From: a virus
DNA: 64,000 nt
Reading direction: 5' to 3' (one strand)
Virus record (IMG/VR): IMGVR_UViG_3300044957_000619
The position numbers and the translations under genes are program-made. The notes under the pieces were generated by a model. That model did not search any database, was not told where the DNA came from, and worked only from the letters and a program-made list of their open reading frames with translations. Of the stretch, positions 10,201-20,696 are shown piece after piece (the first letter of the stretch is position 1; every line of letters starts with the position of its first letter).

Positions 10201-13200
10201 TTATCCTAATTTTTTTACCGTTAATCGTGGAGGTGTACTATTACTTGTAATTGTAGTTATATTAGCATTCGATGGATTAACCAATACTCGATAATAGCCT
10301 GGTGTTGAAATATATTCAACCAATGTTCCAGTAACGGTTTGATCATTCGTCCCTTCAATCGATTTGTAATCATTGAATAAAGAAACCAATGTAAATACGC
10401 CGCCTGTAGATGCGCCCGTTGCTAATTTAATTAAAATATCTACATCGGCACCCAATCCGCTTAAATATATTTGCGTAATAAATTCATAATATCCAGGTTG
10501 TTTTATATGTACGGCTGCAGTACTTAAACCAGCATCAACTAATTCAAAACTTGCAATGCTAGTATTATAATCAGTAACATCATATCTTATATTATTATCC
10601 GCACTATTAGTTAATGACACATTGTTAACACTATTAGAAAATCTTGCAACTGGAATTGAAAAATATGATGATGTTACAGCAAATGATGCAGTCGTTGCAT
10701 TTGATGCTGTACCAAACATTGACCCCGTAAATGAACCCGTAATAAAACTTGAAGTTAATTGAGTAAATGTTGCAATCGATGCTGATAAAAAACTTCCTGA
10801 TAATGAAATGAAATTTGCTAAACTACTTGTAATTTGTGCAAATTGACCTAATGAGCCTGAAATGCTACCTGTTATACCTAAACTTGCACTTACACTACCA
10901 ACTAAGCTACCGGTTATATCTCCTTTTAAAGATCCAGTAATAGAAACAAAGTCTGCTTCGGTACCAACAATATTACCAGTTACATTACCTGTTAAATTAC
11001 CAACAACTGCAGTTGAAGATATATTAGGAACAGATAATGTATTAGTATTTGGATTATATTCAAACACGGTATCCGATTTAAGAGCATTCGGTCCGCTGTT
11101 ATTTGCCGCAAATATTACAAATCTATTTGCATTTGTTGAATCTAAATCAATTAAAGAATTCTCAGAATTTGTAGCAAATGACGATGTACCAGTTAATGTG
11201 CCAAATGCAGATCCAGTAAACGATCCAGTAAACAATCCATGGATTTGTCCTGTATAATTAGGAGTAGCTAACGAACCACTAAAAGTTTGTAATTGTGCAA
11301 TGCTTGAACTAAACGACGCAGAATCTAACGGATAATTATTCGTATTTAATGCTAAGCTAGCACTAAACGATGCAGAATCTAATAAATATGAATTATAATT
11401 ATTTACAATACTAGCGCTAAATGATGCCGAATTTAATAAATAAGTAGTTTGATTTGCGGCAATGCTTGAACTAAACGATGCCGAATTTAATAAATAAGTA
11501 GTTTGATTTGCAGCAATACTTGAGCTAAACGATGCTGAATCTAGCAAATATGAAGTTTGATTCGACGCAATACTTGCACTAAACGATGCAGAATCCAATA
11601 AATATGAATTGTAATTATTTGTAATACTCGAACTAAATGATGCAGAATTTAATAAATACATATTATGATTTGCAACAATACTTGCACTAAATGATGCTGA
11701 GTCTAGCAAATACATATTATGATTTGCAACAATACTTGCACTAAATGATGCTGAGTTTAATAAGTATGTATTATAATTATTTACAATACTAGAGCTAAAC
11801 GATGCTGAATCTAGCAAATATGAAGTTTGATTTGCGGCAATGCTTGAACTAAACGATGCAGAATTTAATAAGTAAGTAGTTTGATTTGCAGCAATACTTG
11901 AGCTAAACGATGCTGAATCTAGCAAATATGAAGTTTGATTTGCGGCAATGCTTGAACTAAACGATGCTGAGTCTAATAGATAACTACTATTAATCGACGC
12001 CGTTGATGAATACAAACTACTAGTAAATGTATTGAACGATGCAGTAGGTAAAAATTCAGGAGTTACTGCTATAGTTAACGTATTAGTTACTGGATTAGTT
12101 GTTAATGAAATATCATTGCCTGCAGTTATAGTCATTGTATCAGTAGCATTTGCTGCAACTATACTGCTTTGACCAGTAACTGCAAATGTTGTAAATGAAC
12201 TTCCAGAATAAACTCCAGATCCCGACACATTACCATATAATGCAGCCGAAGAAGTATAATATAGCCGTCCGGTACCGGTATCGATTACAACTACATTATT
12301 TAAATTTTGTTGAGTAGCCGACGGTACAAACAAACTACTAGTAACAGTTAAATTACCATTAACGGTTTGACTGCCTGACACATTAACAGAACCGGTGATA
12401 TCTACATTTCCTAAAAATTTATGCGGCAAATTTGAATTTGCTACATACGTTATGCCTTGTTGTTGAATTGCATCTTCTTCAATGTATCCGGTGTATATTA
12501 TAGGAGATATTAAATCATTAGCTTCTAGATTATTAAATACATTAACTCCCGTAAATGTATTTGACCCCGTAGTTGCAGCCGAGCCGCTAAATATTTCTAA
12601 TGCATCAATTCTAGTATCAAATGATGCTGATGAATTTAAGAGTGAACTACTTAATATTGCAATGCTAGAACTATTTGCAATTATTCTAGTATTAAAAGAA
12701 CCAGAATCAGTTACAAGATTTGTAATTCTCGTATCAAATGATGCCGAATTAGTTACAAGGTTTGTGATTCTAGTTGAAAAAGAACCAGAATCAGTTACGA
12801 GATTTGTAATTCTTGTATCAAATGATGCCGATGTAGATAAATAACTAGATGATAATAACGAAATACTCGATACGTTATTGATAATTCTAGTATCAAACGA
12901 TGCAGAATCTTGCAAATAATTATTTCGATTTGTTATAATTCTAGTATCAAATGATGCAGAATCTACTAAATATGAAGAAGTAAATGATGTAAATTGTACC
13001 TCACTAGCATATGATAAATCTAAACTAGAACTAAAAAATTCTAAATTAGTTAATCTAGTAGCATCTGAACTAGAATTAGATAGAAAACTGCTACTTAATA
13101 TTGCAATGCTAGAACTATTTGCATTTATTCTAGTTGCAAATGATGCTGAGTCTACATAATAAGTAAATGGACTACCCGTAATCTCATAGTTAGTTCCATT

Positions 13201-13461
13201 TGTATTTATAATAATATTCGGTCCAGCAACTAAACTTACATATGAAGCCGTAATTGCATTGTTTGACCAACTTGCTGTTCCTTGCAATGATGCAGTTACA
13301 CCTTGAGTAACAATCATTGATCCGGTAATTTTCAATGAGCCAGTTAATTGAACTGATTCAGTGACCGCAGCAGTAAAGATATCATATAAATCTGATACAA
13401 AACTTGCCGAGATCAAACCACCAGCAACAATTTGAGCACGATTATTAGACAATTTGCCCAT
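10201..13461 (-). CDS. Tail fibre-like protein with Ser-rich repeats
   Basis: 1086 aa; TGS/SAS repeats, tandem 18-aa and 14-aa repeats, beta-rich C-terminal head. Confidence 0.75.
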   Translation of the reverse strand: MGKLSNNRAQIVAGGLISASFVSDLYDIFTAAVTESVQLTGSLKITGSMIVTQGVTASLQGTASWSNNAITASYVSLVAGPNIIINTNGTNYEITGSPFTYYVDSASFATRINANSSSIAILSSSFLSNSSSDATRLTNLEFFSSSLDLSYASEVQFTSFTSSYLVDSASFDTRIITNRNNYLQDSASFDTRIINNVSSISLLSSSYLSTSASFDTRITNLVTDSGSFSTRITNLVTNSASFDTRITNLVTDSGSFNTRIIANSSSIAILSSSLLNSSASFDTRIDALEIFSGSAATTGSNTFTGVNVFNNLEANDLISPIIYTGYIEEDAIQQQGITYVANSNLPHKFLGNVDITGSVNVSGSQTVNGNLTVTSSLFVPSATQQNLNNVVVIDTGTGRLYYTSSAALYGNVSGSGVYSGSSFTTFAVTGQSSIVAANATDTMTITAGNDISLTTNPVTNTLTIAVTPEFLPTASFNTFTSSLYSSTASINSSYLLDSASFSSSIAANQTSYLLDSASFSSSIAANQTTYLLNSASFSSSIAANQTSYLLDSASFSSSIVNNYNTYLLNSASFSASIVANHNMYLLDSASFSASIVANHNMYLLNSASFSSSITNNYNSYLLDSASFSASIASNQTSYLLDSASFSSSIAANQTTYLLNSASFSSSIAANQTTYLLNSASFSASIVNNYNSYLLDSASFSASLALNTNNYPLDSASFSSSIAQLQTFSGSLATPNYTGQIHGLFTGSFTGSAFGTLTGTSSFATNSENSLIDLDSTNANRFVIFAANNSGPNALKSDTVFEYNPNTNTLSVPNISSTAVVGNLTGNVTGNIVGTEADFVSITGSLKGDITGSLVGSVSASLGITGSISGSLGQFAQITSSLANFISLSGSFLSASIATFTQLTSSFITGSFTGSMFGTASNATTASFAVTSSYFSIPVARFSNSVNNVSLTNSADNNIRYDVTDYNTSIASFELVDAGLSTAAVHIKQPGYYEFITQIYLSGLGADVDILIKLATGASTGGVFTLVSLFNDYKSIEGTNDQTVTGTLVEYISTPGYYRVLVNPSNANITTITSNSTPPRLTVKKLG
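11299..11982 (-). repeat. 13 tandem 54-nt (18-aa) coding repeats, YLL(D/N)SASFS(S/A)SIxxNxxx
   Basis: Counted directly in the translation. Confidence 0.9.
12670..12835 (-). repeat. About 4 tandem 42-nt (14-aa) coding repeats, S(A/G)SFxTRITNLVT(D/N)
   Basis: Seen in the translation; boundaries approximate. Confidence 0.8.
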
Positions 13462-13480
13462 GATAAAGGATCCTTTTTGT

Positions 13481-13488
13481 ATAAATAT
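13481..13488 (-). promoter_or_regulatory. Late promoter motif ATATTTAT (representative minus-strand copy)
   Basis: Also at 2471, 4480, 16368, 18734, 21907, 33433, 37531, 39646, 40285, 40705, 58776. Confidence 0.7.
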
Positions 13489-13492
13489 AAAA

Positions 13493-15373
13493 TCAATAAT
13501 TTATTACGCGACCTTTTATGTCTTTGTTAGGAAACTTGAGCTCAAAAATACTAGGATCTAGCGAAGGATAAATAACTCCGTTTTTTGTAGCTGAGGCTAA
13601 CTCATATACATTACCTGAATAATTTAAGGCAGTATCATATAAGTTATTAAATACTACATTAACTACAGATTGTACACCTTTTACGTTTCCTAATAAATTC
13701 GTAACATCTGATTTCATGATAGGTTGATTTATCTGCCATCGATCTATGTTGAAATATGTTTTAACGGCATCAATGCATTTTAATAAAACTTCATTGCTAT
13801 TGTAATTTGATAAAACTGATATTTCAAACTGTACGCCTATATTGATTATAAATGCATCTTTAATATTGATTGCATCGGTTAATATTCGATAATAATTTAA
13901 ATAATTTTTTAAATTTTCTTTAACTGCTCGATTAAGTGCTGTAAGTTGTTTGTTTTGATTAAATCCTAATACATATAAATTCATTGCCAACGGATTAGCA
14001 ATTCTTGTTTGTTCAAATTCTTGTTGAGAAATTTGATCATCAGGAACAATATATGCTTTTGCTACACTACCAAATTTTGATGGCATTGAATATGCTCGTA
14101 TAATATAATCATCTCTAGTTACTAAACGATTCTGAGTAGCAAAATTTGCTAAAGCGTTGTTTTTGATATCTTCTAACGTATCAGCTGTTTTAGCACCAGT
14201 TGCAGGATTAGCATTTGTTACCGCAACTGTTGATTTAATGAATGTTTTAGTTGATGCGTTAGAAGTAGAATTAATGTCATCTATAAAATCTATGAAAACA
14301 ACGTTGGATAATACACCTGCAGGTACATTATCTGCAATTCCATTTCCTACACTGTATGTTACAGTTAATGTAGTATTTGATGGTGCCTGTCCATATGTTT
14401 TTGTATATAAAAAATTTGACGGATCAATATTGACATCAACATTTCTTCGAAGTGCAGCTAATCCATTTCCAACATTTGATGGATTTGGAATTATTTCCTG
14501 ATCATTATTATCAGAAATACCAGACCCAAATTGCATTTCTAAACGATTATCACTTCGCAATCTGGTAACAAAACGTTTTGCAGTTTTACGTAATTTTAAT
14601 AAACTAGGAGCAGCCGATCTATATGGCGATAGTTCCGGATCATTTTCTAATAGATTTGGAACTTCTTCAAAAATCGTATCTTGTGCTAAGTATGGAACTT
14701 CGTACCAATTATCTCCGTCAGTTTCTTTAACAGAAATTATTTCAATAATATTTGATTCAGGTAAAACTACTTTATCATATGCGATAGGATTTGTAAACTT
14801 AAAATTTGTAGTTCTAACATCTCCCGAAACAGCCATAACTTGTTTTTTCAATAAATAATAAGTTGGCAATTTTGTGCTAGGATTTGATTCATATATGGTT
14901 ATTTCGGTTGTATCATACGATGAAGAAAAAGAAAAATCAATTGAATCTAAAGTTCTAAAAACGGATGCACCATTACTTTGTTGAACGCGCATTCCTGGTT
15001 TAATTGTTAAGGCATAATCAAAATCAGGACGTACATTCGCGCCTGTCCCTATAGCCGGTAATAATTGATATACATCTAACATTACATATGCTGGCACAAC
15101 ATTTTTTGGTTGATATCCTAAGTTTTTAGCAATATCAAATATATTAGTACGCTCCGATGCTTGATCTAATAATGATTCCCGTAAATTAACATCCATATAA
15201 TATGATAAAACGTCGCCGACATACGCTGACATTTCTAGGAACAAAGATCCAGGTGCTGATTGATTAAAGTCAGTATATGTTGTAGGAAAATATTGTTGTG
15301 CAAAATCAATTAAATTTTTTCTAAATTGATTAAAATCTTTACCTAAATACGAAATATCTTTTTTTGTTTCCAT
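13493..15373 (-). CDS. Baseplate wedge subunit (T4 gp6-like)
   Basis: DF..FRKNLI.F...YTDFN..G..FLEM.AYVGDVLSYY; QFGSG; QNRLVTRDDY. Confidence 0.9.
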   Translation of the reverse strand: METKKDISYLGKDFNQFRKNLIDFAQQYFPTTYTDFNQSAPGSLFLEMSAYVGDVLSYYMDVNLRESLLDQASERTNIFDIAKNLGYQPKNVVPAYVMLDVYQLLPAIGTGANVRPDFDYALTIKPGMRVQQSNGASVFRTLDSIDFSFSSSYDTTEITIYESNPSTKLPTYYLLKKQVMAVSGDVRTTNFKFTNPIAYDKVVLPESNIIEIISVKETDGDNWYEVPYLAQDTIFEEVPNLLENDPELSPYRSAAPSLLKLRKTAKRFVTRLRSDNRLEMQFGSGISDNNDQEIIPNPSNVGNGLAALRRNVDVNIDPSNFLYTKTYGQAPSNTTLTVTYSVGNGIADNVPAGVLSNVVFIDFIDDINSTSNASTKTFIKSTVAVTNANPATGAKTADTLEDIKNNALANFATQNRLVTRDDYIIRAYSMPSKFGSVAKAYIVPDDQISQQEFEQTRIANPLAMNLYVLGFNQNKQLTALNRAVKENLKNYLNYYRILTDAINIKDAFIINIGVQFEISVLSNYNSNEVLLKCIDAVKTYFNIDRWQINQPIMKSDVTNLLGNVKGVQSVVNVVFNNLYDTALNYSGNVYELASATKNGVIYPSLDPSIFELKFPNKDIKGRVINY

Positions 15374-15381
15374 GTTTTGCC

Positions 15382-15831
15382 TTAAGGAGTAACGGTCAAT
15401 GTGTCATTTTGATTAACTCCTAATGATAATGTTTTTTCTTCTGCACTATAAGAAGGAGAAAAAGTTATTTTTACTACAACATCATGAATCAGAGTAGGAT
15501 CATCATCTGGAGTTATAACATCAATATCCATTAAAATAATTTCAGGTAGCCATTGATTTACTGGTTCTGTTATATAATCAATAATATCTTGTTTTATTTC
15601 TGAAGTATTTGGTTGAAAGATAATTTTTAACAGATCCGTACCAAATGTTGGTAACATTAATCGTTCACCTTTTCTAGTTAATAGCAATGTTTTTAATTTA
15701 GCAAATTCTTGTTCAATGCTCGTATATGTTGGTTCAAATACAACATTACCATTTTCTCCTAAAGATATTCCTAATGTAGAAATATTTGTATTGCGAATAA
15801 CATCTGCAGCAGTAACAACCTGGTATCCCAT
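15382..15831 (-). CDS. Baseplate wedge subunit (gp25/GPW-like)
   Basis: LKTLLLTRKGERLMLPTFGTDL...WLP signature. Confidence 0.9.
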   Translation of the reverse strand: MGYQVVTAADVIRNTNISTLGISLGENGNVVFEPTYTSIEQEFAKLKTLLLTRKGERLMLPTFGTDLLKIIFQPNTSEIKQDIIDYITEPVNQWLPEIILMDIDVITPDDDPTLIHDVVVKITFSPSYSAEEKTLSLGVNQNDTLTVTP

Positions 15832-16352
15832 TATTTGCCTTTTTTCTTATTAATTGCATTCATCAGCGCTGAATAATCTCGAGTCATAGCTTGTTGAACT
15901 TCAACTGGCACGTGAAGGGCTTTACCAGTTTCAGGATCTTCTATTACCTTCGGTTGCGCCGGCGAAATGCCCATTGCTTCTTTCATATTATGTCGCATTG
16001 AACCAAAATTAACCGCATCATGAGATGTCATTCGAATTTCTTCAATACCCTCATTCATTATGTCAGCAAAACTATTCATAGCTAATGGTTGTTGTTCAAT
16101 TAATGAATCTGTTTCATTTAAAATCGATGCCCATTTATTATCAGTAAACTGAACTTTTGATTTTTTTTCCGATTCGCTAACTATTTTAGATTCGCGAACT
16201 AATTTGTTTGCATCTACTTTAGCCTGTTGTTTTGGTTGTGTCATTTCTGTAATGGTAGATTGTAATCCTTCACGAAGAATTTCAGTTAATTCTTCTTTTA
16301 TAACTTCTCGTACGGCAACTTTAAGTGCTTTTACTAATGTTTTTGTATCCAT
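15831..16352 (-). CDS. Hypothetical late protein
   Basis: 173 aa; VREVIKEELTEILRE leader; late motif upstream. Confidence 0.7.
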   Translation of the reverse strand: MDTKTLVKALKVAVREVIKEELTEILREGLQSTITEMTQPKQQAKVDANKLVRESKIVSESEKKSKVQFTDNKWASILNETDSLIEQQPLAMNSFADIMNEGIEEIRMTSHDAVNFGSMRHNMKEAMGISPAQPKVIEDPETGKALHVPVEVQQAMTRDYSALMNAINKKKGK

Positions 16353-16380
16353 ATGACTCTTTTTTATATAAATATTAAGT

Positions 16381-17223
16381 TTAGTATTTTATACCACGTG
16401 GCCATTCGGTATGTGATAGTTTAGGCCCATAAAATATTAAATTTTCTGTATCAACATAATAATCACCCATTTTACCAATATCTGCAGTAGGCTTTCCTTG
16501 TTGTTGAAATACTGTACTAGGAGCTTCTTGCAAATTAGACAATACATCTAATTGACGCGTAATTAACGTTTGAATTGTAGTAGCCCTATCAAGTAAATCT
16601 TGTTCCGATACATTAATGTCTTGATAAAACTCTGATGGAAATAGATCATTGTATGTATCCATGGACTCATCGGACTTATCAATTGAAGGCATTGTAATAA
16701 CAGGAACATCGCCATTACATGCACTACTTAATTTTTGCAATGCTTCTTGAATTGGCGGCATTACTACCGGTGATATTTTATTGATTAACGTTGCTGGATA
16801 TTCTTGTAATCGTTTAATACACGTTAATGCATTAGCAATCGTTGCATCCTGAATAGCTTGTAATTGTTGTGCAATAAACAATGGAGCTGTAACTGGATTG
16901 GATAATTGTGCAATTGTAATAGCAGTCTTTATGCCTTGAGCAATATCAATTACAGTTTTTGTTGTATTAACTATTTGTTGTACTTTTGGTATAGTTTGTT
17001 GTACTCGTGCAATTTGTTGTTGAATTCCTTCTAAATCGCGTTTAAGTTTTTTGATTTTAGGATCATCGCATTTACATTTTATTGGAATTTGAATTGAATC
17101 TTGTACTATTTTTAACGATTGATCAATTAATTTATCAGTTTCTTTTAAACTCAATTCAACTAGTTGATTAGTTAATTTGCCAGCTAATTTGGGTATTTCA
17201 TCTAATGGAGGTACTATTGCCAT
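16381..17223 (-). CDS. Hypothetical baseplate-region protein
   Basis: 280 aa, helical; C-terminal G.P...G..GDYYVD....YGPK motif. Confidence 0.65.
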   Translation of the reverse strand: MAIVPPLDEIPKLAGKLTNQLVELSLKETDKLIDQSLKIVQDSIQIPIKCKCDDPKIKKLKRDLEGIQQQIARVQQTIPKVQQIVNTTKTVIDIAQGIKTAITIAQLSNPVTAPLFIAQQLQAIQDATIANALTCIKRLQEYPATLINKISPVVMPPIQEALQKLSSACNGDVPVITMPSIDKSDESMDTYNDLFPSEFYQDINVSEQDLLDRATTIQTLITRQLDVLSNLQEAPSTVFQQQGKPTADIGKMGDYYVDTENLIFYGPKLSHTEWPRGIKY

Positions 17224-17238
17224 ATATTACTTTTACTT

Positions 17239-18288
17239 TTATTTTCTTGGATTAAATTCCATTCGATATTTTGAACTTACAAGATCAACTAAGCGATTTC
17301 GTGCCTTAGCTAACTGAGTTTTTGATATGAACCCACCAGTTAATTCGCCACATTGAATTGGAACAAATTCTAAATGATCTAATATTTTTACTAATACATC
17401 TAGCAATACATCTCCGTGTACTAACGGTTGTGATGCAGCTTCTCCGCCAATATATATGTTGTTTGGGGTGTTTAATACAATTCCTTCTCGCGAATCAATC
17501 ACAGCAACATCTCGTTTTGCTCGAAGTATAACACGATCTGCTACCCCAACAAACTGCGAGCCTACAAACGAATTGTTGTGTACTGTTAAATCTTTAGATA
17601 ATGTCAATGTATCTAATTGCTGAGTGCTAGTTAAATATAGCGATGATGCATCATTTTCTAAATTTTCTACCACAAACTCGCGGCCAGATTTATTTATTCG
17701 ACCATTCGATAAAATAATAATCGGATCAGATCTTAGTATGTCAGTTTGATTACCTCCGGGAGTAAACCACGTTGGCGATTTATAATAATGCCCCTCAGGA
17801 TATGAAGTTGATATTGAATTACTAAATCGTATACTATTTCCCCACCGACCTTCGATTAAAAAATCTCCTTCATATGGTTGCAATGGCGATATAGCTTTTT
17901 GATTAAATGTTTTTCCAGGTTTCGTTTCGTCAATGTCTTGTTGAAGAGCACCATCAGACAAACCAGGTAGCATGTTATGATTAATTGAAGATTGAATATC
18001 GATCGATGATACATAATACCAGCCTTCGCGCCATTGATCGGTAGTTGCTTGTTGATTAAATGTTTTATAAATTAGTACAAATTCTCCAATTAATGGAATT
18101 TGTTTCATGTTTATATTCGATGGGCGAGCTAATATTAATTTGTCATTAAAATATGTACTGCATGATCTAACTTTTAATGCAAATAATTTATCTACTGTAG
18201 AATTTGGTTGATCGTTAGGAATGTACCGATATGTGTAATCATATTCGATTACTTCGGCTACATCCCATTCGATCCTACGATTGCTCAT
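17239..18288 (-). CDS. Baseplate hub/spike (gp5-like) protein
   Basis: PLIGEFVLI OB-fold motif, EGD..IEGRWGNSIRFS, QPLVHGD; lies upstream of gp25/gp6. Confidence 0.65.
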   Translation of the reverse strand: MSNRRIEWDVAEVIEYDYTYRYIPNDQPNSTVDKLFALKVRSCSTYFNDKLILARPSNINMKQIPLIGEFVLIYKTFNQQATTDQWREGWYYVSSIDIQSSINHNMLPGLSDGALQQDIDETKPGKTFNQKAISPLQPYEGDFLIEGRWGNSIRFSNSISTSYPEGHYYKSPTWFTPGGNQTDILRSDPIIILSNGRINKSGREFVVENLENDASSLYLTSTQQLDTLTLSKDLTVHNNSFVGSQFVGVADRVILRAKRDVAVIDSREGIVLNTPNNIYIGGEAASQPLVHGDVLLDVLVKILDHLEFVPIQCGELTGGFISKTQLAKARNRLVDLVSSKYRMEFNPRK

Positions 18289-18715
18289 CTACATCCTTCT
18301 TTGATTTAGACATTGAATTTTCAATTCGTTGTTTCAATGCTGCAGATTCTTGTTCAATTGAATCCAATTCATCAGTTAGCTCTGCCGATAATGTTTGTTC
18401 AGCAACACGGAGCAATTGTTGTTTTTCTTCGTCACTTAATAAACTGTTAGCACCTGATATTGTTTGTTTAGTTGAAATATAACGTTGAACGATTGCTGTT
18501 AATTTAACTAAATGATCATCGTTTTTAACTGCAACATCTAAATATTCTTTAATTAGCGGAACGATGATTGTAGCATCAGATGCATTTTTTATTAATGGCT
18601 GCAGTTGTGCAATTAATTGATTAATTTGTCTATCTTTCTTTTTTGAATTGTGATAAACATCGGACATCAAATCAGCAAAAGTAGTACCCTTGAATAATTC
18701 ATCATTTTTGTCCAT
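18275..18715 (-). CDS. Hypothetical helical protein
   Basis: 146 aa; late motif upstream. Confidence 0.7.
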   Translation of the reverse strand: MDKNDELFKGTTFADLMSDVYHNSKKKDRQINQLIAQLQPLIKNASDATIIVPLIKEYLDVAVKNDDHLVKLTAIVQRYISTKQTISGANSLLSDEEKQQLLRVAEQTLSAELTDELDSIEQESAALKQRIENSMSKSKKDVDEQS

Positions 18716-18740
18716 AACAAAAAATCCTTTAAAATAAATA

Positions 18741-19436
18741 TCAAAAAGGCAATTTTATAAAATCTAATTGTTCATATTCTTGAAATTTAGTTTCATAAAT
18801 TGCTTTTAACGTTTTAATAACTCGAGTAATATTAGTAGTTTCTAAACCGGTTCGTTCACGTATTAGAATATACAAAGCTTTTTTATTAAAATTATCAATA
18901 TCCTCTCTAGTTTCAAATATATGCAAAACTGAATCAGCTACATGAATATCAATTGAATTTGAAAAAATATAATTTAAATGATCATAACAGTATTGAATAT
19001 ACGCATCCATGAATTCTCGCAACGTTTCTCGCATTTCATCATTATGAATTTCAGTTATAACATTTCGTTGTTCATCAATATTAATTTCTAATGTGTCTGA
19101 TTTTATTTTTGTATAACCTTTTTGATTCTCAGCAATTAGATAATTAAATGATGTTCTAGTATAATATGAATATGCCTTACCTGCATTTGGATTAAACTTG
19201 TCTAATCGAGCAGTTAAATATGTAACTAAATCAGTTTGTAAATCTTGAAATGTAGAATCAATATAGTCCGGTTTAACTTTATTAATAATATTTTCTGTAA
19301 GTTTCATGAATGCCGGATAAATAAATCTACGATATATTTTTTCTCTCGATGCAATATCTTCGCTTTTATTATATGCAGCAATTGCCAGATCTGTTATTTT
19401 AGTAAAATACGATCTATTTTTCTTCGGTTTCAGCAT
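18741..19436 (-). CDS. Phage late sigma factor (T4 gp55-like)
   Basis: Sigma region 2-like DLQTDLVTYL..LDKFNPNAGKAYSYYTRTSFNYLI. Confidence 0.7.
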   Translation of the reverse strand: MLKPKKNRSYFTKITDLAIAAYNKSEDIASREKIYRRFIYPAFMKLTENIINKVKPDYIDSTFQDLQTDLVTYLTARLDKFNPNAGKAYSYYTRTSFNYLIAENQKGYTKIKSDTLEINIDEQRNVITEIHNDEMRETLREFMDAYIQYCYDHLNYIFSNSIDIHVADSVLHIFETREDIDNFNKKALYILIRERTGLETTNITRVIKTLKAIYETKFQEYEQLDFIKLPF

Positions 19437-19728
19437 CGAATTGTTCCTTTAATTCTGTTATAACTTCTTTTAATAATTGAAATGCAGTTCCTGTTTCGTC
19501 TTCGGATTCAAATGCACCCAAACGATCAATTTCTTGCATTGCATTATATGATTTCTTTATTTGCTCATACATATATGTATTGGTTGATTCTAATAATGAA
19601 ACGTATTCAACAGTTTCTTCATCTTGTTCTTGTAAGTCAGCAACTGCTCCTGCAAGAACCCAAACGCGGTATCCTAAATATATACTAATAATCGAAAGTA
19701 TTAGCGTTGTTATGATAAAAAATAACAT
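19414..19728 (-). CDS. Membrane-anchored coiled-coil protein
   Basis: N-terminal TM helix followed by an acidic helical tail. Confidence 0.7.
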   Translation of the reverse strand: MLFFIITTLILSIISIYLGYRVWVLAGAVADLQEQDEETVEYVSLLESTNTYMYEQIKKSYNAMQEIDRLGAFESEDETGTAFQLLKEVITELKEQFDAETEEK

Positions 19729-19729
19729 A

Positions 19730-20506
19730 TTATTCCTCGTTAAATGCTTTAAAAATATCCGTTAATGCTTGTTCTACATCTGGATTATTTTCGGTAAGAT
19801 TTTTTAATCCTGTTGATTTTTGTACTCTGTTTTTTTCTGAAACTGGTTTAGGTGTTTCTTTGTCTTTATTTCTCCAACGTTCAAATTCAATTTGTGCTGC
19901 CATATGATCTGCATGATGCAAAATAATAGGAAGATTTGTTTTTAATTTGGCTTGTGCCGATCGAGCAACAAAGTATGGTTTATTTGCATCTTCATACATT
20001 CCATCATGTATTTTAATTGCTTGATATTCTGTCCAAGACATTTTAACATCATATTCTTGTAGCAACCAAATTGAAAGATCTGGTACCATAGTAAATGGAA
20101 TGTTTTCGTTATGTTTGTACATTTTGTTTTGATTCTTGCGATGCCAATCCGATGTTTCTATTTGATATACTTCATTGCCATCTCCTGGAAATCCTACTTT
20201 ACCTAAATCGTGATGCATTGCAGCAAACCGAAGTTCTTCAATAGTATAACCAGACATATCCGCAGCCATTTCGGACCACGATGCATGAAGTTTTTCAGCA
20301 CAATCAATTACGCGAAGTACGTGATCTACATATCCACCAGCAAATGCATTATGAAAATGAGCCATGGATGATGCTGGCATCATCGCCATGCGATCTTCGA
20401 ACTCATCATACATTTTATTTAATTCTGTTTTGCGGGTAGGAAAATAAGTATTCACTAAATTGCGATACCGTTCCCAGTTTGATTTGATTTTTTCTGCTTG
20501 TAACAT
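19730..20506 (-). CDS. HD-domain phosphohydrolase
   Basis: HNAFAGGYVDH...HHDLGK...HDG...HHAD. Confidence 0.85.
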   Translation of the reverse strand: MLQAEKIKSNWERYRNLVNTYFPTRKTELNKMYDEFEDRMAMMPASSMAHFHNAFAGGYVDHVLRVIDCAEKLHASWSEMAADMSGYTIEELRFAAMHHDLGKVGFPGDGNEVYQIETSDWHRKNQNKMYKHNENIPFTMVPDLSIWLLQEYDVKMSWTEYQAIKIHDGMYEDANKPYFVARSAQAKLKTNLPIILHHADHMAAQIEFERWRNKDKETPKPVSEKNRVQKSTGLKNLTENNPDVEQALTDIFKAFNEE

Positions 20507-20522
20507 AACTTATTATATTGAT

Positions 20523-20696
20523 TTATTTTCGTATTTCCAATCGTTGTCCATTAACTAGTTTTGATACACAACGGAAACAGGTAACTGCAGTTGCATTAAC
20601 ATCTACTTTTTGACAAACATCATCACAATATTTACATTGTAATTTTTTAAATCCTTTTGGTATAGGACTACTTTTTGCGATTTTTTTCACGGTCAT
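20523..20696 (-). CDS. Small zinc-finger protein (57 aa, not in ORF track)
   Basis: MTVKKIAK...CKYC...CFRC... Confidence 0.7.
   Translation of the reverse strand: MTVKKIAKSSPIPKGFKKLQCKYCDDVCQKVDVNATAVTCFRCVSKLVNGQRLEIRK

Noticed and set aside
11299-11982. D-S-A repeats as Bacteroidota O-glycosylation sequons
   Set aside because: That pathway acts on exported proteins; the fibre has no signal peptide, and D alternates freely with N.
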